Source of the DNA: Nemertoderma westbladi
Lineage: Eukaryota > Animalia > Xenacoelomorpha
Length of the DNA stretch: 53,747 nt
Direction of reading: 5' to 3'
Assembly (NCBI GenBank): GCA_032718475.1
Contig: JAUCBJ010006357.1
Location: forward strand, 1 to 53,747
The position numbers and the translations under genes are program-made. Below, in pieces: positions 1 to 14,749 of this stretch. The notes beneath the pieces were generated by a model. The model did no database searches, was not told the DNA's origin, and saw nothing but the letters and a program-made list of their open reading frames with translations. Position 1 is the stretch's first letter, and the number at the start of each line of letters is the position of its first letter.

Positions 1-2868
1 GGGGTCGTATTTTGTTCAAAAAGAATCTGCTTTTGTTTCAACGGGGGCGTATTTTGTTCCAGAAGGATCAGTGTTTGTTCCAATGGGGTCGCATTTTGTT
101 AAAAGATGAACTGCATTTGTTCCAATGGGGACGTATTTTGTTCCAAAAGGATCTGTGTTTGTTCCAATGGGGTCGGTCGGTATTTTGTTCAAAAAGGATC
201 TGCGTTTGTTCCAATGGGGACGTATTTTGTTCCAAAAGGATCTGCGTTTGTTCCAATGGGGGCGTATTTTGTTCCAAAAGGATCTGCGTTTGTTCCAATG
301 AGGACGTATTTTGTTACAAAATGATCTGCGTTTGTTCCAATGGGGACGTATTTTGTTCCAAAAGGATCTGTGTTTGTTCCAATGGGGTCGGTCGTATTTT
401 GTTCAAAAAGGATCTGCGTTTGTTCCAATGGGGACGTATTTTGTTCCAAAAGGATCTGCGTTTGTTCCAATGGGGGCGTATTTTGTTCCAAAAGGATCTG
501 CGTTTGTTCCAATGAGGACGTATTTTGTTACAAAATGATCTGCGTTTGTTCCAATGGGGACGTATTTTGTTCCAAAAGGATCTCTGTTTGTTCCAATGGG
601 GTCGTATATTGTTCCAAAAGGATCTGTGTTTGTTCCAATGGGGTCGTATTTTGTTCCAAAAGGATCTGCGTTTGTTCCAATGGGGACGTATTTTGTTCCA
701 AAAGGATCTGCGTTTGTTCCAATGGGGACGTATTTTGTTCCACAAGGATCTGCGTTTGTTCCAATGGGGACGTATATTGTTCCAAAAGGATCTGCGTTTG
801 TTCCAATTGGGACGTATTTTGTTCCAAAAGGATCTGCGTTTGTTCCAATGGGGACGTATTTTGTTCCACAAGGATCTGCGTTTGTTCCAATGGGGACGTA
901 TTTTGTTCCAAAAGGATCTGCGTTTGTTCCAATGGGGACTTTTTTTGTTCCAAAAGGATCTGCGTTTGTTCCAATGGGGACGTATTTTGTTCCAATATGA
1001 TCTGCGTTTGTTCCAATGGGGACGTATTTTGTTCCAAAAGGATCTGCGTTTGTGCCAATGGGTACGTATTTTGTTCCAAAAGGATATGCGTTTGTTCCAA
1101 TGGGGGCGTATTTTGTTCCAAAAGGATCTGCGTTTGTTCCAATGAGGACGTATTTTGTTACAAAATGATCTGCGTTTGTTCCAATGGGGACGTATTTTGT
1201 TCCAAAAGGATCTGTGTTTGTTCCAATGGGGTCGTATTTTGATCAAAAAGGATCTGATTTTGTTTCAATGGGGGCGTATTTTGTTCCAGAAGGATCTGTG
1301 TTTGTTCCAATGGGGTCGTATTTTGTTAAAAAATGATCTGCATTTGTTCCAATGGGGACGTATTTTGTTCCAAAAGGATCTGTGTTTGTTCCAATGGGGT
1401 CGTATTTTGTTCAAAAAAGATCTGCGTTTGTTCCAATGGGGACGTATTTTGTTCCAAAAGGATCTGCGTTTGTTCCAATGGGGACGTATTTTGTTCCAAA
1501 AGGATCTGCGTTTGTTCCAATGGGGGCGTATTTTGTTCCAAAAGTATCTGCGTTTGTTCCAATCAGGACGTATTTTGTTACAAAATGATCAGCGTTTGTT
1601 CCAATGGGGACGTATTTTATTCCAAAAGGATCTGTGTTTGTTCCAATGGGGTCGTATATTGTTCCAAAAGGATCTGTGTTTGTTCCAATGGGGTCGTATT
1701 TTGTTCCAAAAGGATCTGCGTTTGTTCCAATGAGGACGTATTTTGTTACAAAATGATCTGCGTTTGTTCCAATGGTGACGTATTTTGTTCCAAAAGGATC
1801 TGTGTTTGTTCCAATGGGGTCGTATTTTGTTCAAAAAGGATCTGCTTTTGTTTCAATGGGGGCGTATTTTGTTCCAAAATGATCTGCGTTTGTTCCAATG
1901 GGGGCGTATTTTGTTCCAAAAGGATCTGCGTTTGTTCCAATGGGGCCGTATTTTGTTACAAAATGATCTGCGTTTGTTCCAATGGGGACGTAGTATGTTC
2001 CAAAAGGATCTGCGTTTGATCCAATGGGGCCGTATTTTGTTCCAAAAGTATCTGCGTTTGTTCCAATGGGGACGTATTTTGTTCTAAAAGGATCTGCGTT
2101 TGTTCCAATGGGGACGTATTTTGTTCCACAAGGATCTGCGTTTGTTCCAATGGGGACGTATATTGTTCCAAAAGGATCTGCGTTTGTTCCAATGGGGACG
2201 TATTTTGTTCCAAAAGGATCTGCGTTTGTTCCAATGGGGACGTATTTTGTTCCACAAGGATCTGCGTTTGTTCCAATGGGGACGTATTTTGTTCCAAAAG
2301 GATCTGCGTTTGTTCCAATGGGGACTTTTTTGTTCCAAAAGGATCTGCGTTTGTTCCAATGGGGACGTATTTTGTTCCAATATGATCTGCGTTTGTTCCA
2401 ATGGGGACGTATTTTGTTCCAAAAGGATCTGCGTTTGTTCCAATGGGGACGTATTTTGTTCCAAAAGGATATGCGTTTGTTCCAATGGGGGCGTATTTTG
2501 TTCCAAAAGGATCTGCGTTTGTTCCACTGAGGACGTATTTTGTTACAAAATGATCTGCGTTTGTTCCAATGGGGACGTATTTTGTTCCAAAAGGATCTGT
2601 GTTTGTTCCAATGGGGTCGTATTTTGTTCAAAAAGGATCTGCTTTTGTCTCAATGGGGGAGATCCTTTTGGAACAAAATACGTCCCCATTGGAACAAACG
2701 CAGATCCTTTTGGAACAATATACGTCCCCATTGGAACAAACGCATATCCTTGTGGAACAAAATACGTCCCCATTGGAACAAACGCAGATCCTTTTGGAAC
2801 AAAATACGCTCCCATTGGAACAAACGCAGATCCTTTTGGAACAAAATACGCTCCCATTGGAACGCTCC
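1..2868. repeat. 42-bp tandem array with an inverted terminal arm; probably one end of a foldback/Mutator-like non-autonomous element
   Basis: Unit GGGACGTATTTTGTTCCAAAAGGATCTGCGTTTGTTCCAATG (two related ~21-bp halves) repeats from 1 to ~2659. About 5 reverse-complement copies follow from ~2660, ending TTGGAACGCTCC. All overlapping ORFs here are repeat artefacts. Confidence 0.9.
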
Positions 2869-4331
2869 CACTTCAACAATCCATCCTTCCCTATCAAATA
2901 TTTTCCATATAAACCTGCAGTAGTGATATCACGATACATTCCCAGTTGACCTGTTCGACTTTATTAATTCAAATGAAGGATTACCTATGTGATATGCATC
3001 TATATCGATTCCATTCATAATAATAAGCAATGTACGGTTGTAAACGGCTTAAACTATTCCCATTATCAATTGTATATACTATATTACTACTATAAATCAT
3101 CTGCTTTATTATATATATAAAAGTATGCATAGTAGGATATATATCTTAAGCAAATGCATAGGTATGATATTGGACGTAAAAATTAAGCGTTTATTCTTTA
3201 AATTAAATTATATTTAAAAGGAAATAGCGTAAAATGAAATGAAATTCCATTGAAACGTGTGATAGCCTCTGACGCAACGGGTTATGCGATATAATACATC
3301 AGGCAGTAATTATTGTTATAATATCAAGTTTATCGCAGTTCACTAGACGCTATAACATACGGATGTAAAAATGCCGTCGGCATATAGCCTTTGTATGTTC
3401 TGAATGCAATGCCTTTCAAAGTAACATAACAGGGTGGTTGGTGAGAGTTAATGCACAAAACGTTGAATGAAATATCCAGCAGCGATTTTGAATATCGAAT
3501 GAATTTCATTACCTTTCGAATACACACAATTAAATAGGTTGGCTATAAATAGCTATTTTATTCAGGCATCAGTTTCAATTTTATTAAATGTGTTAGTGAA
3601 GAAATTATTATTTCGTACCGAAATAATTATTTTTTCACTTTGGTAGAAACGGTTGGTAGTAACAGTAAATTTTATATGACTAATCATTATCTACTAATCA
3701 CAAGAATTGTGAAATATTCAATACTGTTAATACAACAAATTAGCAAAACTTCACACATAATAATATAACTAACCTTTAACGTTACAATAATTGCACTATT
3801 ATAAGTCGCTATGTTATAAATTTTCAATTTCCATTTCACATTACGAGATAATAAAATGTCATGTGTTCTGTCTACAATTCTTCTCTATGTTATAAATTTC
3901 AATTTCCTTTCCTCTTTTACAAGCGAATTTGTTGCCATGTGTTCGTTCTGTCTAAGAAATTCCTAATTGGAAAACTACTCTGCAGGTAATTTGTTTCTGC
4001 ACGCCTCTCATATTATATAACTATGTATCTTAATGAGATTCTACCATGTTTTCTATACAGGATCTGATCAACAGGAGTACAGTTATGTGATATTTGATAC
4101 GCGGCTACGTCACTCAGTTCATGACAACCAGGGAAAACAATTATTTAATTAATTAATTAATATCACCTGGCAGCAATACTCGAGCTGAATATTTATTTAT
4201 TTGTACTTCCCTCCTGTTTCACTCTAGCATACTTGAGGCCGGTAGGTCCGCTGTTAGAGATAGAAAATATGCAACTTAAGACTGCCTGTTTGTTCAATAG
4301 AAGTGGATTGGGTGGGAGTTTGAGTGTCAGG

Positions 4332-4405
4332 GGCTAGTGGCTGAGCTGGTTAGCGCTACAGATGAGGCCTGAAACGTACGTACAGCGATGGTTCAACCCC
4401 CGGTG
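4332..4405 (+). other. tRNA-like head (possible SINE remnant or tRNA pseudogene)
   Basis: A-box-like TGGCTGAGCTGG and B-box-like GGTTCAACCC at pol III spacing; no convincing cloverleaf. Confidence 0.3.
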
Positions 4406-4479
4406 ACGTGCTTTCCCATTTTTTCCACTTCTGAACAAAACCATTTACATTACATCATTAAAAACAATTATCATCAAAC

Positions 4480-5785
4480 TGTTATAGAGATAGTGAGAGA
4501 ATTAGAGAGACATTGAGAGAGTTAAAGATACACTTAGTGAGTTACAGAGACTGTATGCGATGATACAATTACTGAGTTAGAGAGACTGTAAGAGATGAGA
4601 CAATTCCTGAGTTACATAGACAGTTACAAAGTTACAACGACAGTTACAGAGTTACAGAGACAGTTAGAGAGCTATATAAACTGTGAGAATGTTACAGAGA
4701 CAGTTACTGAGTTTGAGAGACAGTGGAGACATTGAGAGAGTTACAGAAACAGTTAATGAGATACAGAGACTGTGAGAGAGTTTCAGAGACAGTTACAGAG
4801 TTACAGGGACTTTGGGAGAGTTAGAGAGACAGTTACTGAGTTACAGAGACTGTAAGAGAGTTACAGAGGTAAAGATACAGTGGGGATATTGAGCGAGTTA
4901 CAGAGGCAATTACAGAGTTAGAGAGAGTAAGTGGGGATATTGAGAGAGTTACAGAGACAGTTACTGAGTTTGAGAGACAGTGGAGACATTGAGAGAGTTG
5001 CAGAGAATGTGAGAGAGTTACAGAGACAGTTACAGAGTTAGAGAGACAGTGGAGACAGTGAGAGAGTTACAGAGACAGTTACTGAGTTTGAGAGACAGTG
5101 GAGACATTGGGAGAGTTGCAGAAACAGTTTATGAGATACAGAGACTGTGAGAGAGTTTCAGAGACAGTTACAGAGTTACAGAGACTTTGGAAGAGTTAGA
5201 GAGACAGTTACTGATTTACAGTGACTGTAAGAGAGTTACAGAGGTAGAGAGACAGTGGGGATATTGAGAGAGTTATAGAAACAGTTAATTAGGTACATAG
5301 ACTGTGAGAGAGTTTCAGAGACAGTTACAGAGTTACATAGACTTTGGGAGAGTTAGAGAGACAGTTACTGAGTTACAGAGACTGTAAGAGAGTTACAGAG
5401 GTAGAGAGACAGTGGGGATATTGAGAGAGTTACAGAGGCAGTTACAGAGTTAGAGAGACAGTGGGGATATTGAGAGAGTTACAGAGACAATTACAGAGTT
5501 AAAGAGACAGTGGAGACATTGGGAGAGTTACAGAAACAGTTAATGAGATACAGAGACTGTGAGAGAGTTTCAGAGACAGTTACAGAGTTACAGAGACTTT
5601 GGCAGAGTTAGAGAGACAGTTACTGAGTTACAGAGACTATGACAGAGTTACAGAGACAGTTACTGTGTTACAGAGACTGTGAGAGAGTTACAGATATAGT
5701 TAATGAGTTACAGAGACTGTGAGAGAGTTACAGAGATAGTTAATGAGTTACAGAGACTGTGGGAGAGTTACATAGACTGTTACTA
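4480..5785. repeat. Degenerate purine-rich minisatellite (GAGTTACAGAGACAGT-type motifs)
   Basis: Dozens of imperfect GAGAGTTACAGAGACAGTTA / GTGGAGACATTGAGAGAG motifs with strong strand asymmetry. Confidence 0.9.
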
Positions 5786-6660
5786 TCACTTTTATATATT
5801 ATAGCAAAGATTCGTTTAAGTATTGTCACAAAATTTAAATTCAATTATTTACGCTTATTTTTTTAATAATAATATAGGTGATTATGTAACTAGATTAATT
5901 CAAATTAATGTGGTTAAGTGAAAAAAACTGAATATTTTATAAACAGTTCTGAGATGGAACAGACGGTGTTTTTAATTGACATTAGATGTGTATCAGCTAT
6001 TCAGGCTGTAATTGCAGTGAGGAATACCGTCTCAACTGCAGGGCTGCTTGGAGGAAAGAAGCCACTCAAATATATCTCATTAATATGTCACTGATAACGA
6101 ATAAATGTCACAATTCCACTCGCTTTTATCTTTAGCAAATAAAATGGCCCTGTCGATTGTAGATGCTTGTTGATAAAACCTTTTCGTAAGTATCTCTATT
6201 ATATTTAACCAATTAATTGCCAAAGTTGTTTTTTTTACATAAAAATACATTTTGCGAGATAATTAATTTCATGACTGCAAAGATTATTGAAAAGCAAGCT
6301 CGAAATCGCTCAAAGGTCCGCGTCTACTAACGCATGAACTGTCTCCCCCTTGAATGGTTTACTACAAACCTATCTTACTACCAATAAATTCATCTGAAAG
6401 GGGGGATTGAATTCGGTACCTAGAGATTCCAAGTTCATCGCTCTACCAACTTCGCCACTGCACAAAATTACTAAAACCTAACTGGTAATTTACAACAACA
6501 CCAATAACACCAACAACAACTGAGTGAATACTAGAGGTCTTGCTACGCGGACCTAAAAACCGACCAAGTTAAATTTTTGAAATACCATTATTACCTGTAC
6601 AATTTCAATCTCAATTGTCTTGATCTTGAAGTGCATATATTAATGTTAATATTAAAGATT

Positions 6661-6801
6661 TATTGTACGGTAAATAAAATATGCTTTATTTACCGTTTGT
6701 CCCGAGATCTGTTATTTACCGACTAGGCACCGGGTGGGAGGTAAATAAGTCAGATCGAGGGGCGAAAAGGTAAATAACGTGTTTTATTTTTTCGTACAAT
6801 A
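6661..6801. repeat. Imperfect palindrome / small hairpin MITE-like element
   Basis: Outer TATTGTACG...CGTACAATA, with inner GATCTG-TTATTTACC pairing to GGTAAATAA-GTCAGATC. A related TTATTTACCGC...GCGGTAAATAA hairpin lies at ~7450-7486. Confidence 0.55.
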
Positions 6802-7959
6802 TGTAATTCTATTGTTAAAATCATCCTTATTATTTATTATAAGTATTAAAATATAATATTGCTTAATAAGTAATTTGTAACGAAAGAAATTATGCCATAT
6901 ATAATAAAGTAATTTTATCCTCTCTCAAAACGTCGTAAAAGACCTTAAGGCTCGCCCCATTCAATATAATGTATTGTAATAATAATATAAAACTATAAAC
7001 TGTTATTATACTGTACAAATTGTGGGCTCGTTCAGGAGGTGTTTTGCTACAAGTATAATGCGGCTAGGAGGATTCTCCACGGCATAATTAAACATTTTGC
7101 ACCTCGCAGCGCAGTTATTCTTCGTCCTTATTGTGATATATATATACCAATGGAAAGATGTCGTTGCAAGGAATCAAAATTTGTAAATAACTATTAATGT
7201 CGTTGAGAAATAGCTGAGATATGGGTGTTCAAAAAGTGCATGTATTTTGTATTTGCATCCGATACAGCCGGCAGGGCAGGCCATTATATTTAATAAACGC
7301 ACAATATTCTGGAACATATTTCCTATTTGAAGTTTATTAATTACTTGATATCATTTTACTAGTCGCATAGCTACTCATTAAATAAATAAAATGTATTTAT
7401 TATACTACAAAGTTGACTGCCCCATTTACCTAGGTAAATAATACAAATCTTATTTACCGCTGGCCCATTGACTGGGCGGTAAATAATGTAAATTTTAACA
7501 ATATAAAAGATATTATTGTGGCGTTCTGCAAAGATACAGTTATAGTTTAACACTAAGTTAGCCTTAACTAACTTTTCAATTACTCGAAAAAATTCAAGAC
7601 ATATATATATCCCTAGGATAAAGACGTTCCAAGACTCTTAGGAATTTGGCTGATTACGTTTTTCAAATGATGGGTTCAAAAACCTATCTCAAAAATTTAT
7701 GGTATCAAAAAATATGTTTAAATGCAATCCAAAAATGGGGGTCTCCCAAGTGTGTGGCGAAATTTTTTTCTACATTTCATTTCTCTATTTATAATACAGT
7801 ATTTAGTATGACTATTTAAAAAATTGAATTATATATATTATTTAAAAGTCTTTACAAGATACTTATATATTGGCTCTGTTTAAAATTGATATAACTGGAC
7901 CAAAAATCATGTGTAACAATTCAACAATCCAGCAATCCATTACTTTAATTTCCTTGCAT

Positions 7960-8258
7960 ACGTATAGTTACACGTTCGTGGGGCGTCGCGCAGCACGCGA
8001 ACTTGAGCAAGTTCGAAACAAGTTTGATTTGATCTGGAGTCAAAAGTTCGAGAGGTATTTACCCGTAACTTTGAAAACTATTGGAAGTTTTTCTTTAGCA
8101 TGCCCATACAGAATTTGGTTGAAAATTGTTAAAATCTTCAAAATTTATTTTCGATTGAATTTTACATTTCAGACGGACAGACAGACAGACATGATGTTTT
8201 GCCCTATTTACTAATAATTGTGCGCCAAGGCTCGCCCTGTCTGCGTGGCTCGCCCCAC
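7960..8258 (-). mobile_element. Possible non-autonomous Helentron/DINE-1-like fragment
   Basis: (GACA)n microsatellite CAGACGGACAGACAGACAGAC near repeated GGCTCGCCC motifs; this layout is common in such elements, but no ends were resolved. Confidence 0.3.
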
Positions 8259-11200
8259 ATACAGTTGTAGCATTTCTATAGGCGAAAATCTACGTATATT
8301 AAATCAATAACTTTCAACTTACCTCTTTTATAGAACAGTAATACATAAATTCTGTCTAGATTCTATGTTCCAGGGGTCGAAATATATATACCTCAATATT
8401 ATCAATTACTACTTTCTGTATTAAAGAATTTCTAATTGTATTACAAATATAACGTACGCCTAATATAAAAAATAAACAGCAATTCTAATATATTTTTTTT
8501 AACAAAGATAATATTTTAAATTTACTATCTGGGAATGTAATGCTTTTTTGATGTTGGAATCTGTATTATAATAGTTTATGTCTATGCATTATTGTAAAAA
8601 TAATAAATTAAATTGAACTTTGATAAAGACAGAAGCATGTAATTATGCTCATGCACCAGCTTGGCTAACAGATAGACGCATACCAGTCGCAGATTGTCTG
8701 CCATGTGTATAACACGAGAGATATTACCAATATATAGGAGGCCCCTCAGTTTATTATGTGGTTTGTGACACATATTTATCAAGGGACCGTAAATTAATGA
8801 TTCATTCTTGTATATCACTGTGCTGTACATGCAAAAAATTTTTATAAAGTCTTTAATATATTGTTTTAATATTAAGTTATAAAGTTTTAATTATTAAGAG
8901 GGGAGGAAGATACAGTGGAAAGCATATCAACACATGTACCAATACTAAAATTTGTATTTCTAAATATTGTAAGTAAAAGTATAACCAATCACTAGAAAGT
9001 ATTATACCCAACATTTACATTATCGTACTGCATTGTTATACCCACCTTGAGATGAAATTCAACGTCTGACATCATTTTAGACAAACCAGTTGCCAAATTG
9101 CCAACATTCTCTAGCTCCATGATAAATTGTCTGGTAGGATTAAGCTTAAGCTAACGACAAAGTAAGTATGACGCGTTTTTTTAAATTTTTTTTCGATTTT
9201 ACCATTATGGCTGTAGACAATGCAGCTCTTATTGGTAATATGGGCAATGTAATTTGTTATCTCTGCCAAACCTCAATGTATTGTGTATGTGTATGTTATC
9301 TGAGATGAGCTCTGTGGTCAGAGAGCCCAACAAGGGTTTCCATAAAATATAATTGGCTCCACTGTAACTCACAAAAACTTCCGTTTAATGCATTTACTAA
9401 CAGTCGAGTATTTCCATATATTAGAAAGTTTGTTGTTAACGGCTCCTAAACTTATACTAATGAGTCCCTTGGCACCTAGTGTAATGAAAATCTTAATAAT
9501 TCATTGTAATTTTTTCGTGATATAATTAAATTGGCAAAAAATATAATTCATTGCTTTTAGTTAAAAAAAAATGCAAAATCTGACTGAATGGATTTTTTAT
9601 GAGTATCACAGCAATGTTTTGTAATTTTTTTCATATATTTCATAACTACCGGTAGCTACTATTTTTTTGGTTGATAGTGTTTAAGGCTGCTAGTATATTT
9701 ATAGTTTTATTAGTTATATTTTATTAGTTTTTACAATTTTTTTGTTTTTTGTTTTTTATTCTGCCGCAGTAATAATTTATTGATTCGAGATCCTTGTAAT
9801 ATCCTTGACATTTCCAGTTTTTTTTTGTTAATAATTCTCACAGTGCATGAAAGACAAATTTAACATAATAGCTGCGGTATAATCTAGCACTTTATGAGAT
9901 TTAAAAGTGAGGAACTTGAAAATCCAATCGAGAGTGAGGATTTTAATCGCTATGGACTAGAGATGTTATCTTAGTAATTGCTATTATACGACTTGATGTA
10001 TACAATGTTATTTGAAAATGGAAATATCTATAACAAAAGCTATATTTCTTAAAAATTATATGTTAAACAACAAAATTTTAAAAATAAATTTGAATTTTAA
10101 ACAAAACACCATCTTTTACAAAAATCGAAATATTTATTTCATTCTTTAACTATTTTCTCGATACTATTATCCGGGGTGGCGCTCGGTAAATAAAATACCT
10201 CGATATTAGTGATCAATTCATTGATGTCGATAATTAAATGTATCTACTTAACAATTTTTATTTATTTGTTTGAATGTTTTAAATAGTCATCAATTGTTAC
10301 CATATTTTTTTATTAGATTAATTAAAAAAAAAATTAAGAAAGTTCTACTTGATTTAACAGAATAAACAGATTAAATAATACTTTATAACAAAGCAATCAG
10401 CTGTTAGAACTTTTACGTTATTTTATTAGGCATACTGACAGGATATAATATTTAGAATTTAGCAATGAACCTGCTAAATTGCATTTTATAAGTTAAGTAC
10501 ATCACATGTATTTGTAAAACAAACAGCAAGCAATGAAACATAATGTTTTTCGTGTAAAACACATAAATACTCACAACAGGTATGAACAGTTTATAATGGC
10601 AGGCAACAACAACGTTATGATTAATTCTGTAGTTGGTTGAAACTTATGAAGTTACTTTTAAAATGGGTAGGGCTGCTTCCCATTAGCTGTTTCCATCTGC
10701 CAATCAGTAGTGCTAGAATGGCATGGAACTGGAATTAAGCTATTTCATTCAAGGAATCTCTTTCAAAGCGTCTCAATAATTTGGAAATTAGCTTTTCATC
10801 ATCATAATCCGTTTTTCTAAATGTTAAGATATTTTCAACAAATTGACTGCGTAATTTTGTTAGAGAAATTGTTTTTTCTACATGAATGATAGGAGGTCGA
10901 AAAGGAACAAATGGGGAAAAGGCTAAAATTAGCCCTTATGAAGGATATCAGACTTTCTACTGTTGTATTTCAATTTACAGTATACCCAGCCCCATGAAGA
11001 ATTCTAGGTTTTCACTATAAACATAGGTTACAGAGGGTCTGAATCTAACCAAAACAATAAACGAATTAGTATATGTACAGGTTATAAGACAGAAATAAGC
11101 GCTGTAAAACACTTAATAAGGTTAAATTAAAAAAATGTACAAATTCTTCATATATCAAATTTCAATAAAATTTCGACAGAAAAGTGAAGAAACCCTGGTA

Positions 11201-13034
11201 TTCTTTTTGTCGAAAACAACATTTAGGGCTTAATTAATATGCTACGATTCCATATAATATTTTGTAAATTATTACATTGTACATATTTACAGAGTGGAAG
11301 GGATTACTGTGTGGAAGATAACTTGGCTTAACGAGCCTAAAATATAATCCCATTCACTGTGTGCATATTTGTGACAATTCTTTTGGTTTTTGGTTTATAA
11401 TGGTGAAAGAAAATCGTCGATTTACTGTTTCAATAAATTTTTCATATTTTGGATTTTTTCAAAAATCAACTTACCGCTGTCATAACATTATCAACATAAA
11501 TATTGTTGGTCTCAATAGCAACTACCAAAAGTGATTCCGTCTCAATAGTTATTTATACATTAAGTTCACCTATTGTTAAATTGTTATTGTTCGAAAAACA
11601 GCAAACACAAGACACACATCTTTTGACAATAATTATTAGAATTATTAGAATTGCAATTGTTATTATTATTAGGTAACAATAATTAGTAATGAATACAATC
11701 TTTGAAGCATAAGTTGTAGTTCCCGTTACAGAGAAAAAGTTGTCAGAAAATTGTTTAGAGGTTTGGGACATAGGTGGACAAGTGGACAAGTGTACAACCA
11801 GCACCTTCTGGGAGTAGGTGGAAGGCCCAAATGTGTGGTGAGAGGCACAGAACACTGTTTTCATTCATTCATCATCCGGATTATGTATTATTCTGTAGCA
11901 TAAGTTTTTATTGTTATATTTGCTCTCCTGCCGTCGTATTTCAGCATGGCTGATGCATTTTGTTAAACTTCAAAACTCTGTACTTACTACAATACGGGCT
12001 GTTAAGGCGAAGAAATTCCAGGACCAGGAAAAGCAATTAATGGACTCCCTTATAGCGATGTCTTTGATGTATGTATGTTCTCCTTGGGAAACTGAGTGAC
12101 TCTAGATAAGAAACACTACTTGCAAAAAAACGCCCTCATAGAGAAATCAGAAAACCTCTCAAAGAAACTGGACCAGAAACCTTCCAATAAAATCTCCGGA
12201 GAGAAATGCTGCCATTGAGGACGAGCTAATCCGGATGACTCTGGCAAGCAACTCTTTGATAAACTCCGACAGTGTATTTTCCAATCAAGAAACTCGCTCT
12301 GCTTCTTTAGCAGAGCAACCAGGGCGGCCTTAAAGTCTAGGCTTACAAGGCTTCAACCTAGGGGCCCGGCCAGGAAAGGGGCCCGCAAATTTTAGTAAGT
12401 TTTATATATGGACAACTATCATTAAAAAAAACTTTCTTCATCCAATTTTAACCAAGGGGAGGGGGGCGGGGGGGATTCAGGGATTGACCCCCCCCCCCCC
12501 CCCCCCCCCCTTATTGACAAGAAAACCTGAACACATTTATACGAATTGTTACGATATATGGCGTTGTGTACTAAAAAACCCATCATACAGTATAGAGTAA
12601 TTAGATAAAGTTATATTGATGTACAGCTTTCGTTTGATAGGGAAAATAAAATACACGAGTTTATTATATTCAACTGATTTGTACAGTATGTAGCCTTACG
12701 TATGTAATTTTTATAATAAAACCTTAGCATATTAATTTACGGTGGCAAACTTTTACAAAACATTAATACGAATTTGCCGTTTATTGATAATAATTGAACC
12801 TAATGTGTATTTGTATTAATTCAATTCGTATGTCCCTATAAACTAATGTTATACTAAATTAACGCTAAAATGTAATATACCTATAAATAGGCACATTCCC
12901 AGAAGATATCTATATATATTCCAAATATATTTTCGATATTTCCAGTACCGCTATACTGTTTTTAAACTGTAAAATATACTGTCAGACTGTACTGTTGCAG
13001 TGCATACTGTTGGACCGTCTGACTGTACTGCGGG

Positions 13035-14303
13035 ATGACGTGCTCCCGGGTTCATTGTACACATATTGAAAACGATGCACTCACGTACATATGGTCGGCC
13101 CATGTTAAGGGGTATAGGAAAGATACTATTGTAGCTATAATTCAGCCATGGCATAAGTTCACTGATGCAATGCTGAAGGAGGCAAAACATCTGCTAGGTT
13201 TGATTCCGAGCTCTGATAGGGGAAAGTCGAAGCAGAGCTTTTCTAAATCAGGTCAGGCTGGTGAGATGCTATGAAAGAATTTGATTAACGATATGATAGA
13301 GATTTTTGAGTATCCTGGTTATGATGATGGTCGGCGTACATATGATAGCAATACAGACGGAAGCGGTGATGGTAGTACAGCCAGTAGGCATATCTCGTCC
13401 TCGTCTGCAATCAGCCCTCGGTTCATTCCGAAGGATGTGTCATTGTTTCCGGCATTCTTGCCTGTGGAGGCAGATCTGGCATTGCTGCTCAAATTAGTTA
13501 GTGGGCTGCAAGATAGAGTTGCGGTTTTAGAAGATAGGCCTATTGCCACCGCTCTCCCTAAATGCGGAGGGGATGTGGGGTCCGCGACGGTTGTCGGGGC
13601 TGATAGATCTGACAGAAGTGTTCCTCCAGCAGATACGGGGACGGGGAATGTACCCCGATTGTATTCGGGGTGCGGAGCGGATGATGACGTTGTGTTTGCT
13701 GGTTCGGGTTCGGGGCGAGCAGCTCCTCATGGTAGCGGGGGTCCAGCTCAGCCTCATACGACTGGGCCTCCTGTTGGCAGCGAACTGTCCGACCCCGCTT
13801 CCAGGTCGTTTATTGGGGCGCTTAATCCCAGGGAAAGTAACCCAGCGGAAAGAGACTGGTTCAGAGTTGGGCCAGATGGGTGGCATCGAGAGTCCCCACC
13901 TCGAGGCCTGCGCACCATTCAGCCTGGCAGTCGTGCTGGACGATGGGATGCGAATGGGACTGGTAGCAGTGTTGGTAGGTCTGGGGCTGGATGGAATACA
14001 GACAGGGATACTGGACAGCGTTTTATTCAAGGAACGGTGGGTAGTAAGGCTTTCGCTACGGTACGGCCTCCATCCAAACTATATTTCTAACTGGATGTGG
14101 CCCAAAGGTTGACTCTGATACAATCAAGCAGCACATAAAGGATGCTCTAGGTATCGTCATTGGCTGCGAGCGGATCTCCCATCGTGATTCGAGAACCGCT
14201 TCGTTCCGGATTTCCTGCAGGGGCGACGAGGAGTCCAGTCTCCTGGATGCGAATCTGTGGCCGCAGTTCGCTCGAATTAGGGAGTTTGTTCCTAGTAGGC
14301 TGA
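13035..14303 (+). pseudogene. LINE ORF1 remnant
   Basis: N-terminal IENDALTYI...EAKHLL, a short coiled coil (LVSGLQDRVAVLE), and a C-terminal RRM-like segment (ASFRISC...LLDANLWP) after a frameshift near 14090. Interrupted by a stop at 13272-13274. Confidence 0.7.
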
Positions 14304-14749
14304 TGTTTAATGGGAGTTCCGGCCAACGGCGTACAACAAGAAACGCACCGGCAAGATGGGACGGATCGGGAATGCGGCCGGGAGCCCGAACGGATCACAG
14401 CACTGAGTTGGAGTCGATCGCAAATGGAAGGGAACCCGAGTCAACTGGAAGAGAGGATCTGAGTCAACTGGATTCTGACGTAACTGTATCTTCACAGGGA
14501 TTCAGTGTGAGTGCACAAGGAGCTGACGGGACTGTTCAGGGATGCGATTTGAGTTCCCCTCGAACTGATGAGGTTTCCAGCAATTGCTCTGAGCGGGAAA
14601 GTAATAACCCATATGGGCTACTGTCAGAGAGTGAAGCCACTTAATTAGTATCTGTATGTGCAAATGTGTTAATATGTATATCTGTTGTTTATTTTATATT
14701 TTTTACTGTGTTTTTTTAGCAGATATTTTTATACTTTTTAAAAATCATA

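Noticed and set aside
1-2949. Many overlapping ORFs and a CRISPR-like periodicity
   Set aside because: The 42-bp unit is a multiple of 3 and has no unique spacers; there are no cas genes and the context is eukaryotic.
6400-6462. Minus-strand tRNA-like sequence (similar one at ~38268-38330)
   Set aside because: Only partial A/B boxes and no consistent stems; at best decayed SINE heads.
8260-12320. Short ORFs in AT-rich DNA
   Set aside because: No recognisable domains or splice structure.
12320-12392. hAT-like terminus CAGGGCGGCC
   Set aside because: No partner end or TSD found in the window.
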